A stretch of DNA of 64,000 bases from Blepharisma stoltei ATCC 30299 (lineage: Eukaryota > Protista > Ciliophora). Position 1 is the first letter of the stretch. Each line of letters begins with the position of its first letter. This document shows positions 1 to 12,019 of this stretch, in pieces. Where the stretch lies: assembly GCA_965603825.1 (NCBI GenBank), contig CBFDEM010000029.1, positions 369,080 to 433,079 of the forward strand, read 5' to 3'. The notes under the pieces are model-generated. The model was not told the origin of the DNA. It saw nothing but the letters and a program-made list of their open reading frames with translations, and searched no databases. The position numbers and the translations under genes were made by a program.

Positions 1-45
1 TTCAAGATAATAAAATAATTTTTTAGTAGTAAATTGCGTCATAAA

Positions 46-1476
46 ATGAAAGCAATTTTAGCCTTGCTATTGATTTACTTTCAGATTGTTATTTCCCAGC
101 AGTGCGTTGATAGTAGCGATTGTGATGTGAATCAGCAATGCATTGATGGTATTTGTGAAAATCTCTTATACAAATCAGATAAGTGCGAGCGTGATAAAGA
201 TTGCAAGTCTTATCAAAAGTGTGAGGATGGCGAGTGCAAGCACAAAGACTTAATTCCTATACAAGGGATAGAGATAGTCGGCTCAATATTCACAGTTATC
301 ATTATTGGCTTATCAAATACAGCTGGGATTGGTGGAGGACCATTAAACACTATGATCCTCCAGTCATTTTTCAATTTCGACACCTATAAGTCTATAGCGT
401 ATACCCAGGTCGCTATTTTTGGAGGAAGTTTAATGACAATTGGCTTAAAAATCCCATCAAGGCACCCTAAAAAGGATAAGCCACTGATCGACTATGAACT
501 CGTGGCCTTTCTTATAGCCCCACTGCTAGCTGGGACCTCAATTGGGGTGATTTTCCATACAATTTTCCCAGACTGGCTTACTATAGGCTTACTTGTAGCT
601 TTATTGCTATATTTGTCGTATTCTATTACAAAAAAAGGAATTTTGTCTTTTAAAAAGGAAACAGCAATCAGCAAAAATGCTTTGGCGATTGACCCTATGA
701 TAGAAGACAAAAAATTAGAAACGTCAGTGCTTGACAAAGATGTGACTGAGGACGACAAAAATCCAGCCCTTGAGCTGATTTTGGAGTCAGAAAAAAAGAT
801 TGTCCCACCTTCAAGTGTCGCGACCATTGCACTTATTTATTTAGTTGTCCTGGTTGCGTCGTTTATGAAAGGAGGGAAAGGAATGGATTCTATTATAGGA
901 ATTACCCAATGTGGGGTTGGCTATTGGATTTTTCTGATTTTTTATTTTATTATTTTGATGCTAATTACCTATCATATGGGAAATGGTTTAGTGATGGCGA
1001 CCCAAAAGAAAATTGATGCTGGGTATGACTTTGATGAATATGACGTAAAATGGAATAAAAAATCTGCGAGCATTATAGCAGCTGTCAGTTTGATAGCAGG
1101 AATTGCTGCAGGAGCACTTGGGATAGGTGGAGGGCTTATTATGAACCCTTTTCTCCTATATCTAGGGAACCGCCCAGAGGTATCAACTGCGTGCTCTAAT
1201 CTGATGATTCTTTTTAGCTCCTCTATATCGTTTTTCCAATACTCAATTGGAGGGATTATAGGGATTTCATATGGTTTGTGGCTATTTTTTATATCACTTG
1301 GTGGGTCAGCTTTAGGATTTTTTGTTATTAAAAAAATTATGCAAAAGGTTGGAAGGCCATCCATAATAATTCTTGTGTTAGCATTTATGATAATTGCAAG
1401 CTTGATCGGGATTTCTGTCAACGGGGTTATAGCAATTATAGAAGAAGAACGATACGGATTTGCAGGAATCTGCTAA
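46..1476 (+). CDS. TauE/SafE (TSUP, sulfite exporter-like) multi-pass membrane protein with signal peptide and N-terminal Cys-rich repeats
   Basis: ATG at 46 (the ORF-track start at 34 is TTG). Two GIGGG motifs (AGIGGG, LGIGGG), P-x-IDY motif, many hydrophobic helices. N-terminus has two C-x4-C-x5-C-x4-C units. Confidence 0.8.
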   Translation: MKAILALLLIYFQIVISQQCVDSSDCDVNQQCIDGICENLLYKSDKCERDKDCKSYQKCEDGECKHKDLIPIQGIEIVGSIFTVIIIGLSNTAGIGGGPLNTMILQSFFNFDTYKSIAYTQVAIFGGSLMTIGLKIPSRHPKKDKPLIDYELVAFLIAPLLAGTSIGVIFHTIFPDWLTIGLLVALLLYLSYSITKKGILSFKKETAISKNALAIDPMIEDKKLETSVLDKDVTEDDKNPALELILESEKKIVPPSSVATIALIYLVVLVASFMKGGKGMDSIIGITQCGVGYWIFLIFYFIILMLITYHMGNGLVMATQKKIDAGYDFDEYDVKWNKKSASIIAAVSLIAGIAAGALGIGGGLIMNPFLLYLGNRPEVSTACSNLMILFSSSISFFQYSIGGIIGISYGLWLFFISLGGSALGFFVIKKIMQKVGRPSIIILVLAFMIIASLIGISVNGVIAIIEEERYGFAGIC

Positions 1477-1576
1477 AAATCCCACAAGGAACGTTAATTA
1501 AGTTAGTAAATTTCTTCATTTTTTAAAATCTGTTGCATATTATTTTTTAATAAAATAGTTTTTTCAGTTACAAGAA

Positions 1577-2606
1577 ATGGAAAACCCTTCACTCTCAAAT
1601 TTTCGATACAATGGAATTTTACCTGACGACAAAAGTGAAAACGGCAGCAACTCATCGCGGGATTTATCCAATATACAGCTACCCACCCAAAAAAACTCAA
1701 ACAGTCTTATAGAGAAAATTGAAAAAGAAGAAACTCGGCTTATGAAAGTTGGCTTTATAAAGCTAAAACCTAGATTTTCGACCCATATCCTAAAATCAAA
1801 TCTCAAAGCAAAAATCGTAAAAAATTATTCAGAAAAAAATCAAAAAAATTCCTTTTTGCAATTTGGATATTATGTTTTACAATATTTGCCGAAAATATTA
1901 CCAAAGTGAGCGCGAAAGCGAATTGACCTTATCGGCAATAGAACTTTACCATCCTCTTTACAGGCTAAAAAAGAAACTACCAAATCTTTCGCCTAAGGAC
2001 TCTTTTCAAGTACACCAAGTTTCACAAAATATCAATAATTACTATCACCAAATCAAGCTTGAATACCACATAATAAAAAATCTAGTCGAATTATTGTCGC
2101 AATTAGCAATAAAATGAAAAATTTCGAAATGCAATAAAATTTTGTATAGATTTTCATCGAGAAATGGACACATGAAAATATTAGATTTAGAAGAATTAAC
2201 ACGGGATTTATTTACTGTTGAATCTTTATGACTTAGCATCGAAGTAGAAAACTTTCCTAAAGGCCTCGGAATATCAGAAGAAACTATCCAATTTGCTCAA
2301 ATCTACAGGCAGTCTGCCGCTATAGTATTAAAATACTTAATTAGCCTGAACAACCGCGATTTCAGTGAATTTAACTCATCAGAAAATCTGATTGAAAAGA
2401 AAAAGGAGCTTAAACGAGAAATTTACCACAGTTTTGAGCCTCCTGGTAGCATATTTAAATGCTTCCGAGGTAAAAAAAGCCTAGAAAATTTGCAATTAAA
2501 AGAGCTTTTATGTGACTTTGAGTATGCTTGCCGAGTTTTTGAAGAAAAATTACTTGAGGATTTAATAGAATATAGCAATGCTGATCTGCCTAAAGGAATG
2601 TATTAA
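1577..2606 (+). CDS. Hypothetical protein (one 16-nt intron, two TGA=Trp)
   Basis: Removing intron 1817-1832 joins the 1577 frame to the 1863 frame, which stays open through two TGA codons to TAA at 2604-2606. Confidence 0.6.
1817..1832 (+). other. 16-nt spliceosomal intron
   Basis: GTAAAAAATTATTCAG; A at -6; removal explains the frame shift between ORFs 1577 and 1863. Confidence 0.75.
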
Positions 2607-2621
2607 TAAAATTAATAAAAA

Positions 2622-3743
2622 ATGAATAAAATAAAACCTTCTTTTAGAAGACCAATTTTGCATAGGACAAGCACAAAAATCCTTGAAATGGCCGAGTCCT
2701 TACCTGCTCTTTCGTCTCCTAAGACGTTAAATGTAGACCCGAGACCTGTATTTCACCGAACAAAATCATTAAAAAAAGTATCAAAAATCCCTGGAAATCC
2801 CCAGCCCAAACTTAAATGTAAACATATAACAAAAGGAACTATGTCGATTATATTACAAAATGAGCCTGGAACATCAGTAAATCGCCGCTATTTGTTAAGG
2901 AAAGGGCTAAAAAACTCGACGAGAAACAAACTTAAAGTCAAAACGATTCAATGATTAATCACAAATCACAAAAAAGAAGTTGATAAGCTGCTAGACAATT
3001 GCAAATTAATGATGCAGACTGCAAATTATAAAGGATCTATAAATATTCAGCAGTTTCAAGATATAATGTCAAGTCTGGGAATCGGAATCGATCAAACCCT
3101 TATAGACCGTCTTTTCTGGGTTTTTGATGAAGACGGAAATGGGTATATAGAAGCCAGAGAAGTGATGGTCGGCTTAGAAATGTTTAGGAGTAGCAGTTTT
3201 CAAGAAAAACTTGAGGTTTTTTTTGATATTTGTGATGAAGATGGCAGCGGAGATATAGATGAGGACGAATTTTACAATGTTTTGAAGCTTTGTGTTCCCA
3301 GCGCACATGTAAGGGAATTATTGAGAGAAAGCTTGCATGATCTATTTATGGCAATTGATGAGGATGGAAATGGAGTTTTAAGCAAAGAAGAGCTTATAAG
3401 GGCTGCAAACCAAAGTGAAGCGGTTAGGACAATTATTGAAAAAAGCATAAGTAATGCTCATTATGGTGATTTATGGTTTTCTAATGACTTTTATCAGCCT
3501 CATATACAGAGATATAGTGGACTAACTGCAGGGAGGACTAATGGTGTTTTCCATCCGGAAATAGACAGGCTAGTTAGTGTGCTCAAAGATGAAGAAGAAA
3601 TATACGAGCAAGGAAAACAGAGAAAATTCCATAATAAAATGCTGCTGAAAAAGTGGATAAAAGAAAACGATTTAAAGGAGTTATCATCAGATGATGAAGA
3701 AAAAGAGATTATTTATAGCAATGAAGGAGAGATTATCAATTAA
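2622..3743 (+). CDS. EF-hand calcium-binding protein (calcineurin B / NCS-like) with basic N-terminal extension
   Basis: ORFs 2622 and 3009 are in the same frame, separated by TGA 2952-2954. EF loops DEDGNGYIE, DEDGSGDIDEDE, DEDGNGVLSKEE. Confidence 0.8.
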
Positions 3744-3770
3744 AAAATTTTGTAATAAAATAGTCTAAAT

Positions 3771-4499
3771 ATGTCATATGACACAAATTCTCAAACTATT
3801 TTAAAAGCTATAGGAAAAAGTTATTCAACTTCTTCTCTTTCAAGAAAATCAAAATTATTAATTGATAGTTCTCCAAAGAGAAAAACGCCAACCCCAAGCT
3901 CTATAAAGCCAATTACAAAATCTAGCTTCACAGCCCGATCCACAGAAAATCTAAAAAAAAACTCATCTAAAAGCCCAAAAAGCCAAAATTTTATTAAAGA
4001 CTTTGCTATAAGAAAAAACATTATTTGCAGAGTCCTGAATGAAAGAGAGAAAAATCTCCGGGTAGAACAAGATAGAAAAGAACTGCATGAAAAATATGAA
4101 AAACTAAGGGAAAAGCAAGAAGAAAGGGCCAAAAGGACAAGGAAATTAGTTAATTATGAAAAAGAGTTCAAAAATCAGTTCTCAGCAAAGAATTTTGAAT
4201 TTAAATTTGAAGGTGGTAGCAAAATCAAGAAAAAAGGAGAATTAAAGGCAAGATGTGTTCTAAGGCAAAGCGAAATTGATTCAGAAATAGTCCCAGAAAC
4301 TCATCATAAGCATTTTACTTTGCAAGACCTTCAAGCTATATTAAATTTTCGTAAAGATTTGCCATTTAAATTTTATTTTGCCTTAATTATATCAGCATTT
4401 ATGAATATTTCAAATATTTCTATAAGCTCAGATTTTTGAGTAAAAGAAATCCCACAACAGAATTTTTTTCAATTTATTTGCTTAATTTATAAAAAATAA
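3771..4499 (+). CDS. Hypothetical basic/coiled-coil protein; 3' end uncertain
   Basis: 222-codon ORF. TGA at 4437 read as Trp extends it to TAA 4497-4499, but the last ~50 codons look like non-coding DNA. Confidence 0.5.
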
Positions 4500-4631
4500 A
4501 TTAAAAAATTTATTAATTTAGCTAAAATTACAAGATCAATAATAATTATTGATTAAAAAAGTTAATCAATAAAATAACCGATACTTATTAATTAATTTAA
4601 TAATTCTATCACTGCTAGCTAAATTTCCAAA

Positions 4632-5534
4632 ATGGCTCTTTCAGAAGATGAGCAAGACGGAGTCGAAATGATGCTGATGATCTGCAACTCTTTAAGTATA
4701 TGTGGCTGCTTATTTATTTTGATCATTTATCTTTCATTTCAAGAGCTTAGAAGTTTTGCTTTTCGACTTGTGCAATATATGTCAATTGTCGACCTTATTC
4801 ATTCAGTCGCTTTAATGATGCCTTATAGGGAGTCTGAAGGCTGATGTATATTCCAATCGTTTTTAATACAATACTCAGCTCTTGGCAGTGCATTATGAAG
4901 CTTAATCATGGCTTATGCGTTATATGATGTAGTTATAAATCAAAACTCAAAAATCCAAGATCGCGAATTGTATTTTGCTTTATTTGGGTTTCTTGTGCCA
5001 GCTCTCTCAACGATACCTCCTTTTATTACAGAAAGTTATGGGATGGCACAAGGATGATGCTGAATAAAATCAAGAAAAAATCATTTTACAGTGGATACTA
5101 CCTTAAGGATTCTACTATTTTATGGGCCAATTTGGATAATCTTCATATATATGGTATGAGCCTACTGAAAAATAGTCAAATTCATCAACCAACAATTTAA
5201 AGGCTTGGGAGAAAACTCTGAATCTTCAATCAAAAAATCACTTGTCTGAAGACTTAGCCTATACCCATGAATTCTAGCTGTTTCCCACATATTTGTAACA
5301 ATAAAAAGGATTTATGATTTTATTGACCCAAGGGAAGAATATTTCCCATTAATAATTGCTGCAGGCGCCATGATCTCTTTAACAGGATTTTTCAACGCTT
5401 TTGCATATGGGCTTACTGACTCTGTTAAATCTTCCCTTAAGCAAGCCTGAAGAGGAGGGCCTAGAGGTGATTCTTTCACTTATCAAGGCTCCCAAAGCTT
5501 ATCAAAATTACCAAAATATGAATCTGAGCAATAA
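4632..5534 (+). CDS. 7TM G-protein-coupled receptor, Dictyostelium cAMP-receptor (CAR)/GCR1-like
   Basis: Single open frame when 9 TGA are read as Trp. Motifs: LRSFAFRLV..MSIVDL, CIFQS, YG...GWCWI, RLSLYP, GFFNAFAYG. Ends TAA TAA. Confidence 0.85.
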
Positions 5535-5614
5535 TAAAATTTGCATTATGGCGCGTCATAGGGAATTTAATTATTTTTTATTTTTATAAAAATTCATAAT
5601 TTCGCTAATTAGTA

Positions 5615-6367
5615 TTACTCTACAGAATTATACTCGTCACTATCACTTTCTATATAAAAAAGCGGCTGGAAATATACAGAAAGTGCTGGGAATTTATCAA
5701 TGCTGCTATTCCTAAACAATGACACATAATCTGTTTCAAAATCTTTAAACTCCATAGGCTTTGTCCCACTTTCAGCGATACACAGTGGAATTGATTTTAT
5801 GGTAGGCACCAGCTGGTTTGCAGCGTTTAAAAGCTCGTGCAGCCCATTGTTCTCGATTTGGTTATTTTTGGTTTTAATTTTCTTTATAGGAGTTTCTGGG
5901 CTAGGTGGACTTTCAGTATTGTTTAATTTTCGAATATGGCAAAGAATATAGGGATCTTCATTAGCATTTTTTAATATTACAGCATGCATCCTATATGAAG
6001 GGGTTTGTTTTTCGTTCCCTGGGACATATTTTTCACTTTTTACAGCTGAGGCTACAATATATACGACAATTGGCTGACGCTTTGGGAGCTCAGTCGTAAA
6101 ATTCATTTTTTTCCAACGATATCTTTTTTTGATATCAACGCGAGGAAAGCCAAATTCTGAGCCAACTGAAGAACCTTTGACAAAATAAATCAGACCGTTT
6201 TGTGGCTTCGTGTATATAGAAATAGGGTGGCATCTGGAAGGATAGCGTTGCATATTGTAAGCGGCACAATAGGAATCAATATTTGTAAGGATGTAGCTGT
6301 ACTCCTCCCCTGTGAGCCATTTCGATTCCCAATCAAATTTTGTAGTGGGATTGTTGTGTTTCGCCAT
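5615..6367 (-). CDS. Putative CG-1 (CAMTA-type) DNA-binding domain protein
   Basis: 250-aa ORF. KWLTGEEYSYIL...PQNGLIYFV...RYRWKK resembles the CG-1 pattern RW..EI..IL...P.SG.L.LF...W.KK (recognised by eye). Confidence 0.55.
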   Translation of the reverse strand: MAKHNNPTTKFDWESKWLTGEEYSYILTNIDSYCAAYNMQRYPSRCHPISIYTKPQNGLIYFVKGSSVGSEFGFPRVDIKKRYRWKKMNFTTELPKRQPIVVYIVASAVKSEKYVPGNEKQTPSYRMHAVILKNANEDPYILCHIRKLNNTESPPSPETPIKKIKTKNNQIENNGLHELLNAANQLVPTIKSIPLCIAESGTKPMEFKDFETDYVSLFRNSSIDKFPALSVYFQPLFYIESDSDEYNSVE

Positions 6368-6810
6368 AATTAATTGTTTAAAACACGAAGCCCTAAATAT
6401 GGAAATTATATAATAAAATTTAAATTAAGAGCCTTTAAATAGAGTAGTCAGATGATTAGAAGACACATGGCTATCATTTTTTATATTTATTATTATAGTA
6501 AATTAAAACAGCATAATATTTAATTCTCCACGTTTTTAGTAAAATACTTGCCAGTTTTACTTCAGGCTTGTCCAGATCTTACATCTGTATAACTCTTTTT
6601 ATTTCTCTCTTTTCTGCCAAAACATTATTTATTGTCTTTATATTTTCCAAACCCTTTGAATAAGCTTTCTTTATATGATCCATAATTTTCTAAACAAAAC
6701 ACTATAAACTTTAGCCAAACCACTCTTTATACATATAAATATTTATTATCTTTTATTATATTTTCACTAATTTTACTACTCTTTTTACCTTCCCTTAACC
6801 CTTCTGTTTC

Positions 6811-7134
6811 CTATAAAGTCATTAAACGCTCCCTAGCCATTTTTACACGATCTTTTATCGGTGACTCGATTTCGATTGAAATTTCTTTTAAGCACACTGA
6901 GTTCTGTACACTCGCTGAGGCTCGTTTTAGTATCAAAACTCCTCCAATTTCTTGATAATATTTTTCTTTTTCTGTAGGAATACCTAAAGAATTTAGTTCC
7001 GCTCTTAAGCTACTAAGAGAGTCTGATGACTGCTGCTCCATTTGCTGTGAAAATACCATTGGTGCTACTGTAAGTACTTTTGCTGTAGATTTCTTCTTAT
7101 TCCTTCAATAACAGCACAGAAAAGAAAGACACAT
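6811..7134 (-). CDS. Small hypothetical protein with N-terminal Cys cluster (MCLSFLCCYW...)
   Basis: ORF 6811..7059 extends upstream through one TGA to ATG at 7134; ends at TAG. Confidence 0.4.
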
Positions 7135-7260
7135 AAATTAATTTTCCCTTTCAAAATGCAAAAAATCCTTTTTCATTTAATTTTTCATTTTTTGCAGGCT
7201 GTTTTTGCAAGACTTAATTGAAGAGAAAATTTTTGCGTTTAAGAATCGTTTTAAATTAAA

Positions 7261-8196
7261 TTACCTACTCTTTGCTAGCACTAAAGTACAATTAGGACAT
7301 CTATGGACTCTCATTGTATTAAGTCATGATGGTATCTGGCAGCATGCAAAAACAGAGGAAACCATCCTTAAAAGCGGTCCTGGCACTTTTCCACTTAAAA
7401 AATCGATTTTGGTATGTACATATGTCTTACAAAATGTGCAATAAACTGAGCTTGGTGTATTTCCTAAAACCGGTAAAGGGTTCCTTTCATATGATTGTCT
7501 GGACTTTTTCATCAAACTGACTGGGTTTTCTTCAGCATTTTCGTCATTTTGGACAAGTTCTCTGATATTTTTGCTAACCACAGTAATTTCTTCATTTATA
7601 ATCACATTTGATTTTTTAATTTCTATTTGATTTCCAAAGGTTCTGGAATTGGTTAAATCATCACCAAATCCCATATAAATTACTGAATCAGCATCGCTGA
7701 TATGCCTCGTATGATACTTTGGGCTTTGATTTCTGCTTCCTGGGTTGCTTCATCCATCCTCACTTGGGACTTTACTTGTGTTACGAGTTGAATTATTATA
7801 GCTGTTTACTCGGGATTGAGAAGCTATTTCCTGTATTAATTTGTCAGCAGGGATTTCTTCTACTATGCAAATGCTTCTTTTTCGCTGATGAGATCCTTGC
7901 CTATGATGCTGTGGAGGCTGCTGAACTGCGTTTTCCTTAAAATCCAATAGCTTCCCAGCTTTTACTTCAATTACGTCCTCTTTTTGTGAGCTTGCCGAAA
8001 GGAAACTTTCAGATAAAATTTCATCAAAATTCTGAGCATTTTGTGTATATCTTCTTTCTGAATTTTGTGATCTATGGTGAGCCTTGCGGTCTGAATTGGT
8101 AAATATGCAAGCACTCATCGTTCGCTGGACTGTGTCTGGAGCTGGAGTTGACAGAGGATCAAATACTTTTTCTGGGCTCGTGTAAAGAGATGCCAT
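7261..8196 (-). CDS. LITAF-like zinc-ribbon domain protein
   Basis: ORFs 8196 and 7674 share a frame and are joined by TGA=Trp. C-terminal CTFC...(hydrophobic)...HRCPNC LITAF signature only appears after reading TGA 7324 as Trp; TAA at 7263-7261. Confidence 0.8.
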
Positions 8197-8252
8197 TGTT
8201 TCCGTTAAGTTTGAATTTAATTTTAGAAATTTTTAATTTTTATGAAATTTAA

Positions 8253-11200
8253 TTATTGCAATGAAGAAAGATGTCCAAGTGATCCAGAAAATTTGAAGGT
8301 TCTTCTTGAAGAAATTAATGCATCGTTTTCTTCAGTGTCTGCACTTGATTTAGAAAATTCTCGTGCCCCATTAAATCTGTGTGGTAGGGATGGTTGACAT
8401 ACATATTGTATATGTTTGCAATTTTGGATTCTTGCTTGTACACTGTTTTTTTGATCTTTTCATTCAACAAATTTTTCCCATTTTTCCTCATTTCAACTCA
8501 TAATTGACCCTATCGTCCCCATCAGCCCAAAAACAGTCCCAAGTAGGCTGCTTATCAGCATAAGCCACGTTTGTTCTAAAGTCCTTTCAGTCATAAGAGC
8601 ACTATTGCTTAAGTCTAAATTTACGTTTAATTTCAAATTAGAATTCGAAATAAGCTCAACATTTGAGCATTGGGAGCCTTTTTCAATAGCTTTTTCTGTA
8701 GAAACATGGTATCCTGTAGCTAAAGACGGCCAGGATTCAATATCGGATTTGAAAATTGATGGAATCATAGAAAAATAAAATTCAGTCGGAGTGTTTCCTC
8801 TGAAGATTTTTCCTGAATCAGCTGAGATTGATTGCTGGATACTGCTAATTTCATTTGGAATTGATGAAGAAGATGTAATATTTACATAAATAGTTGAGCT
8901 ATAACTAAATTGTTCAGAGAGGACTATGCTGAATTGAGCTCCAGTGTTTATTGCACAATCTTTGCAAAAATACCCTAATCGGCAATACTGGCTGTCAGTT
9001 AGTACACATTTTAAGTCCCCAGGTTCATTTTCGGCTATAATATTTTCTGAATAAAATGATATTAACCTTGAGCATGTCCCATTGTTATCAGCCACACAAG
9101 AGCCTCCATATCCAGAAAAAGTCACTAAAAAGGCTAGATTGGCAGAAAATGAAGAAACTTCATTTTCTGCTGTAATTAAAGGAATCAGCCCTTTAGACTC
9201 ATTGATGTTTTCGAATGCATAAGTAGTTAGAGTTATAAAAACTAATAACGCTGCCAATATATAAAAAGATATTGTATAAAATCCTCCGAGCCTTGTTTTT
9301 GCCAAAATCATGTAACTATTTTCTTTGTAATTATGCTGTGTCTTGTAAACGTCAAATTTTTTTAAATAATTTCTGGCTTTTTTTGAAGCTGCCACAATAA
9401 GTATGAAAACTATTACAAAAAATATCAGAAACCCTTCAGCAATTATAACAAAAGCTTCTTGCTCATCACTGGAGGAATCATAAGAATCAGGCTGGATTGA
9501 TACTTCTCCATATGAATATACTTTATTTGCAGGCTTAACTGTGCCGACTGAACAGTCATAATTCACTGGACAGATTTTACAGACAGCTTGTCCGGTGAGG
9601 TCATTATAAGTGCCTTCAGCACATGGGTAGCACTCTTGAAATGTATTTCCGCCCTCAAAAAAACTATAGGTGCCTATAGGGCATAAATCACAAGAAGAAG
9701 CTTTATATGTACTTGAGTAAGACCCAGCTGGGCATGCTTTGCATGTGTCTTCATATTTATAGCTTCCTGGGCTGCACAGGCATTCATTATTTTTGCATGT
9801 TTGATTTAAATTTATCATAAAAAAGTCTTTTATAGGGACATTTGGTCTTAGGAATATCCCAGTTGAAAACCCTCCTCCATGGACATACAAATTATTCAAA
9901 AAATACGCAAATGCAGAATAAAACGTATAGGTTGGCAAACTTGAATAGTCAGTATACTCTTGGCTATCCAAGTTAATAGAAAACACATCAAGCTCTTGGT
10001 TTATTCCTCACGATTGTCCTCCAAATACTAAAATATTTTGATTTATTTTCAATACAGGGCCATCTGACTGCTTTTTATTTCCTAAACTTGGATTAAAATT
10101 AACAGTTCAAGCATCTTTGACAATATTATAAGTATAAATTGACCCTTCAGGTCTCTGATTATTTGTTTTTCCAAACATGACATAAATTGTGTAGTTAGAA
10201 AATGAGCATCGCGGTGACTCTAATTCTATTGGCCCGTTGCCAAGTAATTCATATGTATTTGTGCCTGTATGGAATTTTCATAGTTCTGAAGAATAGCCTG
10301 TAGATGTATGTCCGCCATATATAAATATAAATGGGGAGGAATAAACAATACAAGATCCGTATCTGGGACTTGGCATTGTTGAGGTAGATGGAGAAATCTC
10401 TGTCCAGGAATTTGAAATGAAATTAAAAGTTTGTATATCATTTAATAAATTTGATTGCCCTTTACCTCCAAAAATTACCATAACATTTCCTTGTGAGCTA
10501 GCTGCGTGATCTGATCTTGCAGGCGGCAATGATCCATTCACGTTAGCATTTGACCATATATTATTATTTATATCAAATGACCACAAATCATTTAATTTTT
10601 CTCCATAACTATCTCCTCCAAATAAATAAAGTTTGCCAGAAACCACTTCCAGAGTATGCTTCATACGCTCTTTTGGTTCTAAAAAAGGCTCGGTTATTGC
10701 AGTTATTTTTATAGGAGAAACTGATAAATCTAATGAAGCTAGATCATTTGTGGAGTCTTTGTTATCGTAGCCAGAAAACATATAAGCTGTGTTAGCATTT
10801 GTAGAAAACGCAAAAGAGCTCTTTTTATAATCTCCAACTGTAGTTAACAGCTCCCACGAATAGCTGGAATCATTTAAATCTACTCGATAGATATCAGAAA
10901 GTGTGTTTTCATTTAAATTTGATCAGCCCAAAATTAAATAAATAAAATTGTCATTTATTGCAGATCCTGCTAATGTTCTTTGAGGGTATATTTTTTCTAT
11001 ATAATTTTCACTGTTATTTGATATATTGCTTCACCTTTTTTCCTCAACATTATACATATAAAACCAAGAATTATAAAAATTTGCATTATATCCTCCAAAT
11101 AAGTAAAAAACTCCGTTTTTATATACAAGATTAGCGCCATGCATTCTTGGTGGCACATCTCCATTTTGAGGCATAATTACCCATGTAAAAGATGTGGTAT

Positions 11201-11765
11201 TTAATCTAAATAATTCATACACATATAAATTATTGTCCTCAGCAAATGTCGCAGTACCGCCAAATATAGCAAACATTAAGGTGCTTTGTTGATAATATTT
11301 TGTGTATGCCATAAGATATCGTGGGTATATAAAAGGTCCAGTTGTCGTAACACTTGTTCACTACATAAACAATACCATGAAATATTTCATAGAAAAAGCC
11401 CATAAATCATTTTGGGGACCGTTGGAAGTTCTTCCTCCAAATATATAAAAAATGCTTTTTGTATCATCGGCAAAAGACGCTGAAGAGTAACGCTGATCTA
11501 TATAAAAATCACCTGGAAGGACGTTTGCAGTTGTAGAGAGCCTTTGCCAAGTATTAGAAGTAAAGCTGAACATTCATAGGTCATTATAAGAAGTCATAGA
11601 GTCTGTGTCATATCCTCCAAAAATAACTAATGAATTATTTGATGGGAAATAGTCCATAGTTGAATAGTGTCTTGAAGATGGAGGAGATCTTGTCTTTGGG
11701 ATTCATGAAATTTCTAATCCAAGTGTTGAAGTAATAAAAAAGAGGATAATGCAAGAAGGAAGCAT
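8253..11765 (-). CDS. Kelch-repeat plus Cys-rich (GCC2/GCC3, ephrin-receptor-like) repeat membrane protein, ~1165 aa
   Basis: Signal peptide MLPSCIILFFIT, many FGG...W kelch blades, C..CPAG.Y repeats, C-terminal TM helices. Contiguous with TGA=Trp and one 15-nt intron. Confidence 0.85.
11361..11375 (-). other. 15-nt spliceosomal intron
   Basis: GTATTGTTTATGTAG on the minus strand; contains the in-frame TAG that ends ORF 11573; removal restores kelch FM-W-TSV. Confidence 0.85.
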
Positions 11766-12019
11766 ATATTTATTGAAAATATAAAGAAATTGATCTAAAT
11801 ACATTAATAGAAAAACGAATAGAATAATTTCAAAAAATCATTTCTGTTCTGGCATATTTTTGGGTTAAGGTTATTTTATAAGCAAAGGGTGAAACCTTAT
11901 ATGGAAATATTGGATAGAATAAATGTTAATGAGCTATTACAAGATATCCTTAATGAGAACAGCTCTAATATAAATTTATTCCAAAAAAATTAACCAACGA
12001 AACCAGTTTAAAACTCTCT

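Noticed and set aside
492-1421. Antisense and alternate-frame ORFs here and elsewhere (e.g. 3821, 19034, 27437, 29774, 48406, 49789, 55942)
   Set aside because: Shadows of real genes on the opposite strand or frame, with no motifs and often non-ATG starts.
4437-4439. TGA acting as a context-dependent stop (Condylostoma-like) at the end of ORF 3771
   Set aside because: Single ambiguous case in a non-conserved gene; the frame reaches TAA at 4497. TGA only ~21 codons before the stop is clearly sense in the LITAF gene.
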